A program made the translations under genes and the position numbers. A stretch of 64,000 nt of DNA from Nemertoderma westbladi (lineage: Eukaryota; Animalia; Xenacoelomorpha): contig JAUCBJ010000938.1 of the NCBI GenBank assembly GCA_032718475.1, positions 44,368 through 108,367 on the forward strand. Reading direction: 5' to 3'. The notes under the pieces were generated by a model that saw nothing but the letters and a program-made list of their open reading frames with translations, had not been told where the DNA came from and ran no database searches. Shown here piece after piece: positions 61,734-64,000 of this stretch (position 1 is its first letter; each line of letters starts with the position of its first letter).

Positions 61734-62382
61734 TTATGTAAGTTCTACCTTTTTTGAGAATGTCTTCCAAGCTTCTTCCATATCGCCCTCATGTAATTCT
61801 ATACTATCAATGATTGGACGAAGCAAATCACGTTCTAAGAAGACTTCTAAGAAGAAACAAGTTGTCCTATCGCGTTCCGATATGTTAGTCGCCGTTGGTA
61901 AACATTTAGAATGTATTGCCTCATTGGCTTCCCTTAATTCACTAACATCTTTCGCCATTCTTTCGAGTCCGTAATGGTGTATTTTATTCCACAGAGAGTT
62001 ATTGAAGTGTTGGTAGAGCATCCAATCTCCTAAATTAAGTTGTCGTATTTTCTCTTGGTTTTGGTTGTTTTCTTTTTTATCCTCTTTCTGGTGGACATTT
62101 TTGATTTTAAAAACGATATCGTCAATATCCCAACACAGTAACTCTTTCATAAGAATTAGTGACTCTTCGTAATGTTCCAAGAGTATTATATGATCAAATT
62201 CATTGTCTATTTCTCTAATTATATTCTGAATTTCCGAAACATTGTTTTCATTTTCTAATATATATCCGAAATCATAAAGCATTGGATTCACAAATCTTCT
62301 ATTGTTGAATAATATTTCTTCAGGATGTTTCAGATAGGCATCCAGACGGGATCCGTTTGTTTCATTTGTGTTTATTTTCAAA
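61734..62382 (-). CDS. Galactose-3-O-sulfotransferase (GAL3ST) family protein, probable last coding exon
   Basis: NPMLYDFG..IDNEFDHIILLEHYEESLILMKELLCWDIDD..N..DWMLYQHFNNSLWNKI..YGLERMAKDVSELR is the GAL3ST C-terminal half. Candidate acceptor ..TTTACTCCTCCTAG ends at 62383. Upstream PAPS-binding exons were not found in the window. Confidence 0.8.
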
Positions 62383-62984
62383 CTAGGAGGAGTAAATGTC
62401 ATAAAAATTAACATTCTTCAATCTATTAGATTTTCGAAAATATCTGTTCGATTATTAAATTCAATTATCTTTTTCATAAATTAAGAGTATTCATATTTAA
62501 TAAGACATCGAAATTAATTGTTGCCCCTCAAAACCTATTTTTGCTAAAACTAGTGAAAATTAAAAATAAATTATAATTAAAGTCCGTTTTTTTAAAATTA
62601 GGCATCCAGCTTATATATTTCCATAACTTCGCGAGTTTTGATCGTAGAGAAAGGGAGCTGAGTTTGGCCTCATTCTGTTCGGAATGTAACGATCTTATTG
62701 AAATCCACTTCACATTTATAATTTTATTTTTATGTTTTTCTCTTGCTCAGACTTCTCATTTTCTTGCATCTTCTTAAAAATTAATTTTAACATTCGTGAT
62801 TTTGCACTCTACCTGTATAGCAATAATTTCTAGTTTAAAGAAATATATAGGTTTCGATGTATTTATTTCTTAGTATTGCAATAATTACGTCTCAAATGCA
62901 TCCAAATCGTTGTTTTTCAGGAATAATTATTGGAATCGTTTAGATGTAAAATGTGAAAAAAATACATCAGATACTCATGTTGGG

Positions 62985-63180
62985 GCGAGCCACGAAAGTA
63001 AGCGAGATTAGCATACGGGTGACTAATCGCAATCGGTGTGTCTGTAGATCTGTCGTTATGTAGATCTGTTGATCTTGCCGTTTAAACGTTAATAAGCTCA
63101 GCTTATCAGGTTATCAGCTCAGCAACGCAGCTAATCCTCAATGAAATCTAACCAAACTTGGTACACATGTTGTTTGTTAA
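62985..63180 (+). mobile_element. Possible Helentron-associated (HINE/DINE-like) relic
   Basis: TGTCTGT-like microrepeat followed by AACCAAACTTGGTACAC. Resemblance only. Confidence 0.3.
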
Positions 63181-63896
63181 AAGTTTATAAATTTTTCATA
63201 TAGAATTTGCGTGGGACCTTCAGGACGAGCGCAACGAGGATAATGAAGGTGGCGAGTGCTGCGTTGAATATACTCGTAAACAACCTGGTTTAGCATATTG
63301 GACGATTTGTCATTTTGATCAGTACCGGTGGTGGAATGTTTTATCCTAGTTACTTGGTGACCAGATGTACAGGACGAGTGCAACGATGGTTGTAATGAAG
63401 ACGAGTCTGTGTTGACTAAACTCCTAATAACGAGTAGTGTTTTGACAATAGTCGCAAACCACCACCAAACCACTTAGCATATCGAATGATAATGTCATTT
63501 TATCCAATACTGATACTGGAATGTTGTAAGGTATATTATTTGGTGACCAGATTGTACAGGACAAACGCAACGAGTTTTGCTGTGGATACGAGTATCCATC
63601 TGTCATAAATCAGCAATTACTCGCACAGTTTCGATAATTTTTTTTTATACAAAACAGGATGAGCGCAACGAAGCTAATGAAGGAGATAAGTATTGTAACC
63701 CTAAAAATGTCATGCTTAACTTAAATAACCCTAGGTAGTAGGTTTACAAATGACAGTTAAAGTGTGTAAGGGCAAACTGAAATGGACCGCTGTTTTTTAC
63801 AAACAGTTTAACGCAAACTGAAAGCATCACTCAATGATATTTTGGGAATGACGGCTTTCGTATATCTTGTTACGGTATATGGCGCTGTATCCACAG

Positions 63897-63998
63897 TATT
63901 AGTCCATTATGCAGTATGCAATATTAGTCCATTATGCAGTATGCAATATTAGTCCGTTATACTGTATGTAATATTAGTCCGTTGTGCAGCATGATATT
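63897..63998. repeat. 25-bp minisatellite, 4 copies (TATTAGTCCATTATGCAGTATGCAA)
   Basis: Units start at 63897, 63922, 63947 and 63972. May continue beyond the window. Confidence 0.85.
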
Positions 63999-64000
63999 TT

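Noticed and set aside
62383-62414. Start codon of the sulfotransferase at the ORF-track start
   Set aside because: The protein would lack its TM anchor and PAPS-binding motifs; a splice acceptor at 62383 is more plausible.

Overview
AT-rich eukaryotic, most likely invertebrate animal, genomic DNA. It is not prokaryotic and contains no CRISPR array. Positions 1-37.6 kb are one uninterrupted 38-bp tandem satellite (~990 monomers) with layered variants, higher-order duplications and a degenerate right edge. The remaining 26 kb holds two intronless, divergently oriented centriole-control genes (CEP76 on -, FBXW5 on +), the probable last exon of a galactose-3-O-sulfotransferase-family gene, and many old TE relics (a tRNA-derived CORE-like SINE, RTE-LINE fragments, palindromic MITEs). 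Between CEP76 and FBXW5 sits a very young 11.6-kb BEL/Pao LTR element with apparently identical 1200-bp LTRs and an AACAA target-site duplication. The element is the most unusual object here. (i) It has no tRNA primer-binding site; the 11 nt right after the 5' LTR are instead the exact reverse complement of an 11-mer inside the LTR, the geometry of Tf1-type self-priming. (ii) Its pol has lost RT and integrase while the reading frame stays open, keeping Gag and protease. (iii) It carries tandem G-U-rich RNA hairpins with compensatory changes, a second duplicated RNA fold, and a structured IRES-like leader ahead of an unidentified, decayed third ORF. All calls come from reading and hand alignment; no database search or folding program was run.
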